32,000 bases of DNA from Candidatus Heimdallarchaeota archaeon B3_Heim (GCA_003144275.1 NJBF01000005.1:90001-122000), one strand, 5' to 3'; counted from the stretch's first letter, positions 9,434 to 19,511 are shown. The notes: a model not told the origin generated them from the letters alone. Made by a program: numbers and translations.

Positions 9434-9913
9434 TCAAAAAAACTGATCATAGGAACCTGAATTAATATCTTCTATGACTTTCTTGGGCTCTGAATCATCT
9501 ACAGTTAAACCAATCGAAACACATGTTCCTACAACTTCTTTAACAGCAGCACGTAAATCAACGGCTAACATTGCATTCTGTTTCATTTTAGCAACTTTAA
9601 CACATTGGTCAAATTTTAAATTACCAACCTTTTCAGAATTTGGTGTTCCACTCCCTTTCTCCACTCCAGCCTCACTTAATAGTAAAGAAGATGTTGGGGG
9701 GACTCCGACAGTAATGGTAAAATTTCGCTTATCGTCTACTTCAATAACGATTGGAACTTTCATACCCTTAAATTCTTGAGTTTTTTTGTTAATTTCATCG
9801 ATAACTGCCTTGATATTTATACCAAGAGGGCCGAGAGCTGGACCAAGTGGTGGACCAGGGGTGGCTTGCCCTGCATCAACTAATGCTTCAACTGTTTTTA
9901 CCATTTTGCTCAC
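9434..9913 (-). CDS. rpl11: 50S ribosomal protein uL11
   Basis: ATPGPPLGPALGPLGINI, VPPTSSLL, VGTCVSIG. Start is GTG 9913 or ATG 9904. Confidence 0.97.
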   Translation of the reverse strand: MSKMVKTVEALVDAGQATPGPPLGPALGPLGINIKAVIDEINKKTQEFKGMKVPIVIEVDDKRNFTITVGVPPTSSLLLSEAGVEKGSGTPNSEKVGNLKFDQCVKVAKMKQNAMLAVDLRAAVKEVVGTCVSIGLTVDDSEPKKVIEDINSGSYDQFF

Positions 9914-10248
9914 AAGTTTGATTTTAATCGAAAAAAAGCCTATATCTTCGAAATCGATTGATATGCTTGATATATAAGGGAGATTTGGTTGACAAATTAA
10001 GATTTGTTATTTTGATACTCTACCTTCTGATATAATTGACTCGGCTCATATTCAATTAAACTAAGAGATTCACTAAAAGATAGCATAAGCATCTAAAGAA
10101 CACACAATTTTTTCTAAATATTACTTGGTTTCTCGTTTACAAAAGAGGGATAAAGACCTCAAAACACACAAAAAATAAGTCGAAAAATCCTAGAAGCAGT
10201 CTAAAAAATCAAATAAAACCCAGAAAAATAATCTGAAGGAATTTAATT

Positions 10249-10908
10249 ATGTCTTATGCACCAAATCAACTGGAAGAAGCAATATCCAAAGCCAAGACTC
10301 TAAGTGAGCAAAGAAAACAACGGAAATTTACTGAGACCGTTGAAATTTCAGTAGGCTTGCGTGATATTGACTTAAAAAATCCTACGAACCGAATAAATAT
10401 GGAAACCTTGGTTCCTAACGATTTGGGAGGTAACATTAGTGTTGCCGTCTTTGCTGAGGGAGACCTCGCAACAAAATCTAAAGAATCAGGATTACATACC
10501 TTAGGTCGAAAGGAAATAGAACAGTTATCAAAGGAACCTAAACAAGCGAAGAAATTCGCTAATCAGTATGCGTTTTTTCTTGCTGAACCACCACTAATGG
10601 GTGTTGTAGCGAGATTTTTAGGAAAAATTCTTGGACCAAGAGGTAAAATGCCAAAACCTATACCCCCAAAAGTAGATATCGATAAGTTTGTGGAACGATA
10701 TGGTAGAACAGTAAAACTACGTTTAAAATCTACCCCAGTTATCAATGCAAAAATAGGGAAAGCAGATTTAGATAATAAAGTGTTAACTGAAAACGCCAAT
10801 GCGATTATCCAAACGCTTACAAGTAAATTGCCCAAAGGAACGACACAGATCAAAACAGTAACCATAAAAACAACAATGGGTCCTTCCACAAAAGTGGATA
10901 AGGCGTAA
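10249..10908 (+). CDS. rpl1: 50S ribosomal protein uL1
   Basis: RKFTETVEISVGL, LGKILGPRGKMPKP, IKTTMGPS. Confidence 0.97.
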   Translation: MSYAPNQLEEAISKAKTLSEQRKQRKFTETVEISVGLRDIDLKNPTNRINMETLVPNDLGGNISVAVFAEGDLATKSKESGLHTLGRKEIEQLSKEPKQAKKFANQYAFFLAEPPLMGVVARFLGKILGPRGKMPKPIPPKVDIDKFVERYGRTVKLRLKSTPVINAKIGKADLDNKVLTENANAIIQTLTSKLPKGTTQIKTVTIKTTMGPSTKVDKA

Positions 10909-10920
10909 GGAGTAAGAAAA

Positions 10921-11076
10921 ATGGCACGAAATAAACCGTTCCCTAAAAAAATCCGATTGGGAAAAAAAGGCAGAGAAAACCAGAGTGTTCCAACTTGGGT
11001 AATCATGAAAACTTCTCGACGTTTTACAAATCACCCTAAGAAGAGACGGTGGCGTACTACAAAAATCAAACCATAA
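10921..11076 (+). CDS. rpl39e: 50S ribosomal protein L39e (missed by the ORF track, 51 aa)
   Basis: Manual translation [51 protein letters not shown]; sits upstream of L31e. Confidence 0.95.
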   Translation: MARNKPFPKKIRLGKKGRENQSVPTWVIMKTSRRFTNHPKKRRWRTTKIKP

Positions 11077-11087
11077 GGTGAAACAAA

Positions 11088-11369
11088 ATGAGTGATACAT
11101 CAGCAGATTCCATAATAGAGGAAAGGATTTACACCGTACCTTTTAGTAAGGTGGTATATGGGCGAAAAATCCCACGTAAGAAGAGAACCCCAAGGGCAAT
11201 GCGTCACCTTAAGGCATTTATTCAGCGTCATCTTAGAAGTGAAAATGTTATCATTACCGCTGAAGTCAATGAATTGATGTGGACAAGAGGAATCCAACAC
11301 CCACCCCGAAAAATACGTGTACGTGTAGTAAAAACAGAAGATGATATAGTTACAGTCTTCCTTGCATGA
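11088..11369 (+). CDS. rpl31e: 50S ribosomal protein L31e
   Basis: ERIYTVPF, KKRTPRAM, VNELMWTRGIQHPPRKIRVRV. Confidence 0.95.
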   Translation: MSDTSADSIIEERIYTVPFSKVVYGRKIPRKKRTPRAMRHLKAFIQRHLRSENVIITAEVNELMWTRGIQHPPRKIRVRVVKTEDDIVTVFLA

Positions 11370-11431
11370 TAACTTGAGTTTCTCTGGTATAGAGACTCGA
11401 AAACATATCGAAAATTGTAGGTGGTTAGGTA

Positions 11432-12085
11432 TTGGAAATTGAATTTGCGGACTTAAACGGCAATATCCATATAGGTGTTTCTATTCTTTGTACAGAGAAC
11501 TATGCATTAGTTCCTATTGAAACACCAGACACACTAGTCAGGCTTATAGGATCTACAATGAAGGTAAAAGTTGTTAGACTGGCTGAAAGGATTATAGGCT
11601 CTTTAGTTGTAGGGAACTCTAATGGTTTCATAATTTCTAATGTAATTACTAAAGAAGTTGTAGACCAAATCGAATCTACAGACCTTCCTGTTTATCAGGC
11701 TCCAGAATTTTTCGCGTTTGGCAATGTAGTTTTAGCAAATGATTACAGCGGATTAATTTCACCAATTGTTCCCCCCTCAATTCGTGAAAACATCCAACGA
11801 ATCTTAAAAGTTCCTCTTACGTTGAAAACAATAGCAAATTCGGATTTAGTCGGAAGTTTGGGGTATATTACAAACTATGGAGGTTTAATCACTCCACTCG
11901 CTAATGAAGAGGAAGTAAAAGAGATTAAAAATCTTCTAAATCTCCATGAGATTGGGGTAGGAAGTGTCAATAAAGGATCAGAATTTATCGCCTCTGGAAT
12001 TATTGGAAACTCCAAAGGTATGCTAATTGGACGAGAAACAACGGGTATCGAAATCATGGAAATAACAAGATGTTTCTCATCATAA
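11432..12085 (+). CDS. eif6: Translation initiation factor 6 (aIF6/eIF6)
   Basis: GNIHIGV, GSLVVGNSNG, GNVVLAND, GSVNKGSEFIASG, GRETTGIE. TTG start behind AGGTGG. Confidence 0.93.
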   Translation: MEIEFADLNGNIHIGVSILCTENYALVPIETPDTLVRLIGSTMKVKVVRLAERIIGSLVVGNSNGFIISNVITKEVVDQIESTDLPVYQAPEFFAFGNVVLANDYSGLISPIVPPSIRENIQRILKVPLTLKTIANSDLVGSLGYITNYGGLITPLANEEEVKEIKNLLNLHEIGVGSVNKGSEFIASGIIGNSKGMLIGRETTGIEIMEITRCFSS

Positions 12086-12162
12086 AATCGAAAATAATAA
12101 AGTTAACATGATTAAAAAGTAGAATTATAAAGCAAATCAAAAAATAATAGAGGTTTACAAAA

Positions 12163-12429
12163 ATGTCAAATGAAAAATCTGTGAAAATATTCCGAATTTC
12201 TGGATATTTTAAACAGAGACGGGAAACTACACCATTTTCCAAAGAATACTTAGCTTTAACACAAAGAAACGCAACAGATAAGCTGTTTTCTCAATTTGGT
12301 AGTAAAAACCGTCTCAAAAGAAACCAAATCAAAATCCAGTCCATTGTAGAAATCACAAAAGATGAAATTAAAGATCCATTAATCGAAAAAATCGTCAATA
12401 GTGATTTCACCATCCCTGTTGAGGAATGA
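12163..12429 (+). CDS. rpl18a: 50S ribosomal protein LX / eL20 (L18a)
   Basis: KIFRISG, FSKEY, LFSQFGSKNRLKRNQIKIQSIVEI; located between eIF6 and prefoldin. Confidence 0.9.
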   Translation: MSNEKSVKIFRISGYFKQRRETTPFSKEYLALTQRNATDKLFSQFGSKNRLKRNQIKIQSIVEITKDEIKDPLIEKIVNSDFTIPVEE

Positions 12430-12878
12430 GAATGGCAACCCCCAATTTGCCTCCAGGAATCTTACAACGAGTTCAAGTACTTCAAGCTGAGATAGAACAG
12501 CTCCAACTAAGTATCAATGCCATAGAACAACAAATATCCCTCATTAACAGAGCAATGAACTCAGTAGACGGTTCGATTCTTACTCAAGAAGAACTAGAAG
12601 GAAAAAAAAGTGGAGATGATATTCTAATACCAATTGGAGGGTCAAATTATATTCGTTGTTCAGTCAAAGACCCAGAAAAGGTCTATATCTCACTGGGATC
12701 TGGAATCAGCAGACAAACAACCATAAAGGAAGCAATAAGCAGAAATAAAGAACAATTAAATAGTCTGAATTCTAATATGAAACAATTAAGAGAGCAGTTC
12801 AATCAATTTTCTCAGATGTTAAACATCAAGAGAACAGAATTGGTGAAAATTGCACAGGACTATCAAATCCTTAGTTGA
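12426..12878 (+). CDS. pfdA: Prefoldin alpha subunit
   Basis: Coiled coil, ILIPIGGSNY..VYISLGSG, coiled coil. ATGA overlap with LX. Confidence 0.92.
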   Translation: MRMATPNLPPGILQRVQVLQAEIEQLQLSINAIEQQISLINRAMNSVDGSILTQEELEGKKSGDDILIPIGGSNYIRCSVKDPEKVYISLGSGISRQTTIKEAISRNKEQLNSLNSNMKQLREQFNQFSQMLNIKRTELVKIAQDYQILS

Positions 12879-12935
12879 GAAAAAGAATGTTGTTGAATGT
12901 TTTAATTCACGTGCTGCATGTAGGATGATGTAGAG

Positions 12936-13859
12936 ATGTCTTCGCTTAAGAAAGGGGTGGGATCACTCAAAAAGAAACTTTCTTCCTATGAAATCTCGGA
13001 AAAAAATGTGCAGCGAGCAATTAGAGATTTTAAACGCTTATTAATTACTAATGATGTGTCAATTGACGTTGCTGATGCAATAGCAACAGATTTAGCTAAG
13101 AAAATGATGGGGAAAAGGGCACGCAGATTTAGTGACCTTTCAAAATTACTTCTTGAGTTTGCAGAACCAACTCTAATTAAGATCATTTCTCCTACAAGAT
13201 CAATCGATTTAATAAATGAGATTGTTGAGAAACGAAAAGAGACGGAACATTCTCTGACGAAAGATCCAATTGTAATTTTACTATTGGGGATAAATGGAAC
13301 TGGCAAAACAACTACAATAGCGAAATTAGCATACTTATTAAAAAAGAAAAAAATGCGTGTTATTCTTGCTGCGAGTGATACATTTCGATCTGGTGCCCAA
13401 GAACAGTTAAAAATACATGCTGATAAGGTAGGTGTTAAGATAATATCTGGAGATTACGGGAGTGATTCAGCTGCGGTCGCATATGACGCTATAGCACATG
13501 CAAAATCAAAATATGCAGATGTGGTCATAATCGATACTTCTGGACGAATGGCCATTAATAAAGATTTAATGGAAGAAATGAAGAAGATAAAACGTGTCAG
13601 TGATCCAGATTATATCATTTTAGTTGTTGATGCCCTTGCTGGTAATGATGCAACAAAACAAGCCGCAGATTTCCACAAAGCTATTACTTTAGATGGAGTT
13701 ATATTATCTAAAATGGACGCAGATGCAAGGGGAGGGGCGTTAATCTCAGTAACGCATGCTACTTCTGGTGTACCAATCTTATATATTGGGACGGGACAGA
13801 AATATACAAATCTAGAGAGATTTGACCCAGAAGCCTTCGTACGGAAAATCTTGAATTAA
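12936..13859 (+). CDS. ftsY: SRP receptor FtsY (NG domain only)
   Basis: GINGTGKTTTIAKLA, DTFRSGAQEQL, DTSGR, SKMDADARGG, GTGQ. Confidence 0.96.
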   Translation: MSSLKKGVGSLKKKLSSYEISEKNVQRAIRDFKRLLITNDVSIDVADAIATDLAKKMMGKRARRFSDLSKLLLEFAEPTLIKIISPTRSIDLINEIVEKRKETEHSLTKDPIVILLLGINGTGKTTTIAKLAYLLKKKKMRVILAASDTFRSGAQEQLKIHADKVGVKIISGDYGSDSAAVAYDAIAHAKSKYADVVIIDTSGRMAINKDLMEEMKKIKRVSDPDYIILVVDALAGNDATKQAADFHKAITLDGVILSKMDADARGGALISVTHATSGVPILYIGTGQKYTNLERFDPEAFVRKILN

Positions 13860-13891
13860 TTTTCAAGAGGTTCGTAAAAGTACTAAGACAG

Positions 13892-14812
13892 TTAGTAATC
13901 TTTGAATTCGATTTTTGAATCCTTGTCAGAGATTTTTTCTTTCAAAGTATCTGCTTGAGCTTTTGTTTTTACAAGCAGAGCATTGAGATTGTCTTTGGTT
14001 AGATAATTTGACTCAATAGATAAGCCAAAAGCTTGACGTACCGCATTCCCTAATAAGATCGGAATAGATTCTTCTGAATAATAATTCACACGTGAATCAA
14101 CCGCTAACGCCATTGCATTCATGTAGGCTTGTTGTAGATCGGAAATGATTTGATCCTCGTCAACTTCAAGGATACTCCCATCGATTACTTCATCGCCCTC
14201 GATTACTTGACTTATTCGCAAGTTTACGCTGAATGGTTGAATACCAAGCCTTGTAAGTACTGCTGCATGAGTTTCAGATACGGTATCTCCTACAGAGAGG
14301 ACTTTGGCTGTCTTTGTGATTCGTATTTTACCTTTTTCAATTCTTGTTTGTAATCCAATCGATCCTAGTTCACTGATAATTGGTCCTGGATCAAGATTAG
14401 TTACTCCTTCGGGGATTAATACTTCTACAGGAGATATTTGACCCGCTTTCGCAGGAGCAGGAACAGAATTTTTACTTAAAAAGCGCTGTAGTTTGAAAGG
14501 ACTCTCATTAGAAAAAATTAATGCACATGAACCATTGATATGAGAGAGAAATTGATCTACAGTCTTTTTACTTGTTTTTGCTTGAAGTTTTTCCAAAGCA
14601 ATTGTTTTCAAGGTATTTTTTGCCACTTTAAGTGTTGCATTAACCTCTCCTGATCTTAAAGAGGTTCTTATTCCCTGAATAGCTTTAGAACTTATTCCAC
14701 TCAAATCAGCAATACCTATGACCGAATTCTCTTCTGCTAATTTTCTAATAGTCTCAATTTGGGATTCTTTTCTAGTCAACCCGCTTTTTGTTTTTGTTAT
14801 TGAGATAGCCAT
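13892..14812 (-). CDS. rpl10: Ribosomal stalk base P0 / uL10
   Basis: KVAKNTL, PAPAKAGQISP, GVTNLDPGPIISEL, domain II IEKGKIRI, spine helices. Likely ATG 14812 (track GTG 14824). No acidic C-terminal tail. Confidence 0.93.
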   Translation of the reverse strand: MAISITKTKSGLTRKESQIETIRKLAEENSVIGIADLSGISSKAIQGIRTSLRSGEVNATLKVAKNTLKTIALEKLQAKTSKKTVDQFLSHINGSCALIFSNESPFKLQRFLSKNSVPAPAKAGQISPVEVLIPEGVTNLDPGPIISELGSIGLQTRIEKGKIRITKTAKVLSVGDTVSETHAAVLTRLGIQPFSVNLRISQVIEGDEVIDGSILEVDEDQIISDLQQAYMNAMALAVDSRVNYYSEESIPILLGNAVRQAFGLSIESNYLTKDNLNALLVKTKAQADTLKEKISDKDSKIEFKDY

Positions 14813-14940
14813 AATATTCAACACACTTTCGCTAATTTAGCAGTTAGAACTCGAAGTACCGAGACTCCTGCAGAATGTCTTCTTCGTCTAGGCTTCCTTT
14901 ATTCACGATTAATAAGCTAGGCTCTAGTAGTTAGGCACAG

Positions 14941-15423
14941 TTATAGCTCAAGTTCAGTCTCGTCCTCTTCTTCACTCGGTTGGATCAATTTTACAGAATC
15001 AGCATGAAGTACTATTGGAATTGTAACACTACTGGTTAATAAATCAACAGTAATCTCCTCACGAGCTTGATAAATAAAAGAAATTCGCGCTTGACTCCCT
15101 TTGAAGGGGCCTTCTGTGATTTCGACTATATCTCCTGGCTTTAATCCTTCTATTACTGGAGTAGGAACCAACTGATTTTCTAATTCAGAAATTGGAACAC
15201 GACCCAACTGTTTACTGACATAATGGACATTATCAACCGCTTTTAAAATGTCTTGAATATTCCCCTCAATGAACAGGTACCCTTGAATCTCAGTAACAAG
15301 AACTGTATTTATATCGAAACGATGAACATCAGCATATTGTACTAATGATTCTGCGGCATTGAACTCCTGGCCTTTTTTCACCTTATAACAATATATACCA
15401 TATTTTTCTAGCATTCTAACCAC
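14941..15423 (-). CDS. spt5: Transcription elongation factor Spt5 (NusG family)
   Basis: NGN domain (GYLFIEG) and KOW domain (PGDIVEITEGPFKG). ATG 15414 is a probable start. Confidence 0.95.
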   Translation of the reverse strand: MVRMLEKYGIYCYKVKKGQEFNAAESLVQYADVHRFDINTVLVTEIQGYLFIEGNIQDILKAVDNVHYVSKQLGRVPISELENQLVPTPVIEGLKPGDIVEITEGPFKGSQARISFIYQAREEITVDLLTSSVTIPIVLHADSVKLIQPSEEEDETELEL

Positions 15424-15461
15424 ATAATTTCATATTAAAATGAGTTCAAAACCAGATTTAT

Positions 15462-15659
15462 CTATAACTCACGGCCAAGCAATACAAATATAATAAAACG
15501 AATGACAAATGCGATAAACCCTAATATCGCCATTCCAGCGATTGTTATTTTAATAACTAGTGATACTTCTGACCGATCAGGCTTTTTAGCAAGCCTCATT
15601 ATTCGCAGCGCTCTTTTGTAAAAACTTGCCGAACCCATTCTACTATTATCGATTCCCAT
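15462..15659 (-). CDS. secE: Protein translocase SecE/Sec61-gamma
   Basis: RIMRLAKKPDRSEV plus a single TM helix (GMAILGFIAFVI). ATG 15659 behind AGGTGG (track GTG 15668). Confidence 0.92.
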   Translation of the reverse strand: MGIDNSRMGSASFYKRALRIMRLAKKPDRSEVSLVIKITIAGMAILGFIAFVIRFIIFVLLGREL

Positions 15660-15673
15660 AATTACCACCTTAA

Positions 15674-18600
15674 TTAATACGTACTATCTGCTAAAACAAT
15701 TTGAGGCTTTATTGTCAGAGCCATTAATTCCTGCAACAGCAATTTAAAAGCATAAGATATTGCAATCTTATAAATCCCAGTATCTACATTTCCACAAATA
15801 CTGCAATAAGTTTGATCCTTTTTACGATCCCAAGTAGCGATGACACCACAGGTCTCACATATAAAGATCTCTGTTTTATCAGACTCCTCAAGTAATCGTT
15901 CTTTTAATAATAATGCCGCTCCGTGCCCAATCAAACAATCACGTTCCATTTCTCCAAATCTAAGCCCTCCTTCTCGCGCGCGTCCCTCTGTAGGCTGACG
16001 AGTGAGGATTTGAATGGGACCACGTGCCCGTGCATGAATCTTATCAGAAACTAGATGATGTAACTTCTGATAATAAGTTGGTCCGATGAAAATTCGTGAG
16101 GGAAGTTTCTGTCCTGTCATACCATCATACATAACAGATTCTGCGTATGGATGAAATCCTAATTTTCGTAATCTATCTCCAATATCTTCTGGATCTGGGG
16201 ATTCAAATAGGGTGGCATCAATTTGATTTCCTTCGTAACAAGCAACAATCGCACTCATACATTCAATAATTTGCCCAACAGTCATACGACTTGGAATGGC
16301 ATGTGGATTAATAATTAAATCTGGTACAATACCTTCTTCTGTAAAGGGCATATCACTCTGTGGAACAACATTTCCAATTATTCCTTTTTGACCGTGACGC
16401 GATGCAAATTTGTCACCTAATTCAGGTACTCGTTGATCACGAACTTTAATTTTGACAAGCGTACTTCCTTCAGAAGTTTCCGTTAATATTACAGAATCCA
16501 CAATACCTTTCTCTCCATGACGAATAGCAAGACTTGTCTCTCTTCGCTGGGGAGTGGCCGACTCAAATGAATCAAGTTCTATATATTCTTCTAAGAATCG
16601 TGGTCTGGAAGTTCGCCCAACTAAAATATCTCCTCCTCCAACTTCTATTTCAGGTTCAATGATTCCATCTACCTCACTTAAATGACGATAGACTTCTTTT
16701 GCACGATATCCTCTGACACCCTTCTGTGGGATTTCAAACCTGTCTTCTTGTCCCCCTAAATATTTCTTCTCCTCACCCACATAAGAACGGAAGAAATGAC
16801 TACGTGCTAGTCCTCTTTGGACACTGGCACGATTTAGAATAATTGCATCTTCAATATTATAACCTTGAAAACTAAGAATAGCCACTATAAAATTCTGTCC
16901 AGCAGGTCGATCGTTGAACCCAATAACTTCCATAGGTTTACTACCAACTAAAGGAATTTGGGGAGCTTGTAAGATATGAGCACGACGATCTGTTCGGAAA
17001 TAGAAGTTTGAAGCATATAATCCTAGAGCTTGCTTTGTCATTCCCGCTTCATATGTATTACGGGGAGATTGATTATGTTCTGCATAAGGAATGATTGAAG
17101 CACATATACCTAAAATTGCTGATGGAGAAATTTCTACATGAGTATGATTAGATTCGATATCATCTAACGTCATGGCAATATAAGAATTTTCTTCTTCCTC
17201 TGCATCAAGGAATTCAAGTACACCTTCTCTTAACAAATCTGAAAACTTAATATCTCCCTTCCTTAACTTCTCAATGTGGCCCATTTTCAGTCTTGGAACT
17301 GAGGGTTGATCAGATTTTTCAGAAGGATCAAGGATAATAAGTGGTCTACGTACACGTCCTTCATCTGTATTGATTGAAATAACATGATTTTCCTCGAAAT
17401 AAGCAAGATTGATTTCATGATATAGTTTATTAGTTCTTCTAGCATTCCTAATTATTGTAAAAGTTTCAAGTGGATCTCTAGTAGTACCAATAAGATTTCC
17501 GTTTAATAAAATCTGAACACCTTGATGATCAATGGCTTCAGCAACTGGAATAGATTTACAATTTTGATAGATAAATTCTTTAACTGGTTCGTCAGGTGTA
17601 CCGATTGAAATATACGCTTGCATCGCGAGATTTTTCACTAGTCCACAATTGGGACCTTCTGGTGTTTCATTAGGACATATCTTACCCCAATGAGTGGCAT
17701 GTAAATCTCGAGCCTCAAAGTGAGCCTGACTTCGGATAAGAGGGCTAATAACTCGCCTAAGATGACTGTAGGTAGACATGTAATTAGTACGATCTAATAA
17801 TTGTGACACTCCAGCTTTCCCACCTACCCAATTACCTGTCGCGAGAGCATGCCGAATTCGTTCAGTAATAACATCGGCTCTCATGGCTACACGTAAATTG
17901 GGCAATTTACCTCTTCTCGCGCCTTTTTCCAGTTGATACTTAATATCACGATATAGGGAATGGAAGGCAACGCGGAAGAGACTTGTTAACATTTCACCAG
18001 CAAGTTTTAATCGTTTATTCGCATAATGATCTTTATCATCAGCTTCAATCCTTTTTAAATTTAGTTTAATTACTTTTAGCGCCATTTGAGCAAGATAAAG
18101 TGCTTTTTGTTTTCGGTAACTAGCATTCTTGCCTACGTGCGGTAGGAGATAATTATCTAACACCTGTTTAGCTCGTAGAATTCGATATTGGCGAGTTTGT
18201 CCCACGGCAACTCGTTTACCAATAAAATCTAACGCTTCTTCCTGATCTACAATTTCTGCAGCTTCTCGTAATGTAGGTAATAACTCCTGAATTAGCTCAG
18301 GATCATTACTGACTAAATTAGCGATATCTCTATCTATTGTAACCCCCAATGCCTTGATTAAGACAGCTAAAGGAAGAGGTCTTGGAACACTGAAGAAATT
18401 TACAAGTAATCGTCCATCCTTCCTTCTCTGAACAGATACCAAGGATCGAAAACCTGCTACGGTGCTGAATACTTTAGCTACCGCGGTTGTAGAAGATCCT
18501 TTCCTTCCTTCATCAACTAATACACGATTTGAAACTAAATATTCTTGAGTTACAATTACTCTTTCTGATCCATTAATTATGAAATAACCACCAGGATCTT

Positions 18601-19045
18601 CAGGATCTTCTCCTAATCGTGTAAGTTCGTCAGTGGATAGGTTGTGTAATAAACAAGAATTTGATTTTAACATAATTGGTAATCTACCAATGTATGCAAC
18701 AATAACTTCCTCCTCCTTCTCAATTCCTGCATCGACATATACAGGTCGCATTTTCAGATTCAAAGGAGCTGAATAAATTAAATTTCTCACTCGTGCTTCC
18801 ATGGGAAATATGGTTCGTTCAGAACCGTCAGCTTCCCTCACAGAAGGCTCTCCAACTTCAATTCCCTCCAGTTTTACATAAAACCCTTCAATATCCGGTT
18901 CAATCTTGGGTCTTTCCTGAACTATTTCATTCAGTTTCTTTTCGACGAATTCATTGAAGGAGAAAAGATGTTGCCTTACTAATCCAAATTCATTATACAT
19001 GGATTTAAGGACTTCCCACTTATCATCATTAGTCAATTGTTCCAC
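15674..19045 (-). CDS. rpoB: DNA-directed RNA polymerase subunit B (unsplit Rpo2)
   Basis: GGYFIING, ETPEGPNCGLVKNLA, GDKFASRHGQKG, QPTEGRAREGGLRFGEMERDC, C-terminal Zn site. GTG start behind GAGGT. Confidence 0.98.
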   Translation of the reverse strand: MEQLTNDDKWEVLKSMYNEFGLVRQHLFSFNEFVEKKLNEIVQERPKIEPDIEGFYVKLEGIEVGEPSVREADGSERTIFPMEARVRNLIYSAPLNLKMRPVYVDAGIEKEEEVIVAYIGRLPIMLKSNSCLLHNLSTDELTRLGEDPEDPGGYFIINGSERVIVTQEYLVSNRVLVDEGRKGSSTTAVAKVFSTVAGFRSLVSVQRRKDGRLLVNFFSVPRPLPLAVLIKALGVTIDRDIANLVSNDPELIQELLPTLREAAEIVDQEEALDFIGKRVAVGQTRQYRILRAKQVLDNYLLPHVGKNASYRKQKALYLAQMALKVIKLNLKRIEADDKDHYANKRLKLAGEMLTSLFRVAFHSLYRDIKYQLEKGARRGKLPNLRVAMRADVITERIRHALATGNWVGGKAGVSQLLDRTNYMSTYSHLRRVISPLIRSQAHFEARDLHATHWGKICPNETPEGPNCGLVKNLAMQAYISIGTPDEPVKEFIYQNCKSIPVAEAIDHQGVQILLNGNLIGTTRDPLETFTIIRNARRTNKLYHEINLAYFEENHVISINTDEGRVRRPLIILDPSEKSDQPSVPRLKMGHIEKLRKGDIKFSDLLREGVLEFLDAEEEENSYIAMTLDDIESNHTHVEISPSAILGICASIIPYAEHNQSPRNTYEAGMTKQALGLYASNFYFRTDRRAHILQAPQIPLVGSKPMEVIGFNDRPAGQNFIVAILSFQGYNIEDAIILNRASVQRGLARSHFFRSYVGEEKKYLGGQEDRFEIPQKGVRGYRAKEVYRHLSEVDGIIEPEIEVGGGDILVGRTSRPRFLEEYIELDSFESATPQRRETSLAIRHGEKGIVDSVILTETSEGSTLVKIKVRDQRVPELGDKFASRHGQKGIIGNVVPQSDMPFTEEGIVPDLIINPHAIPSRMTVGQIIECMSAIVACYEGNQIDATLFESPDPEDIGDRLRKLGFHPYAESVMYDGMTGQKLPSRIFIGPTYYQKLHHLVSDKIHARARGPIQILTRQPTEGRAREGGLRFGEMERDCLIGHGAALLLKERLLEESDKTEIFICETCGVIATWDRKKDQTYCSICGNVDTGIYKIAISYAFKLLLQELMALTIKPQIVLADSTY

Positions 19046-19277
19046 GAGATAGACCTCTTCTAGTCTTCGTTTGAGTTTATTCTAGGGAAAAACTGGATAA
19101 GCATAGAGAATTGTATAAATCAACGTCATATTCAATAAAACACATAGCTCAAACCTCAATGGTCATATCTTCTTGGGAAAGCTACTTGATGCTGATTTTT
19201 AATGATAACTTTTCATATCATTTGCAGGGCTTATCAACGAAGGCAGATACACCAACTTAGCTGTGAATTTATATCTG

Positions 19278-19511
19278 ATGACTAAAGTTATCAGCCAACT
19301 CTTTTAAAAGAATTCTGGACAAGAGGAGTCACACATCCTCTATCGGGCAGACCAGATACATTGGAAGGTACACTACCAGTTGGGACTACTTGGGAATCAA
19401 TAGTTACACTTTGAAGAATATAACGAAAGGCATTGTGATCGGTGTTTAGACAAAAACCGCAACCCTGACAGCAGAAGGAACCACGCAATTTTCGATTCTG
19501 TTTTTTCACAT
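19278..19511 (-). pseudogene. tnpB: tnpB (IS200/IS605 OrfB) remnant, part B: end of Zn finger, RuvC-III and right end/omegaRNA region
   Basis: Reads (H)VKKQNRKLRGSFCCQGCGFCLNTDHNAFRYILQSV...DRGCVTP, matching the TnpB C-terminal Cx2C-NADxNAAxNI pattern. Ends in subterminal hairpins and TCAT. Confidence 0.85.

Noticed and set aside
9914-10310. L1-binding autoregulatory site around the rpl1 start
   Set aside because: Only short 4-bp stems without the full asymmetric loop were found.
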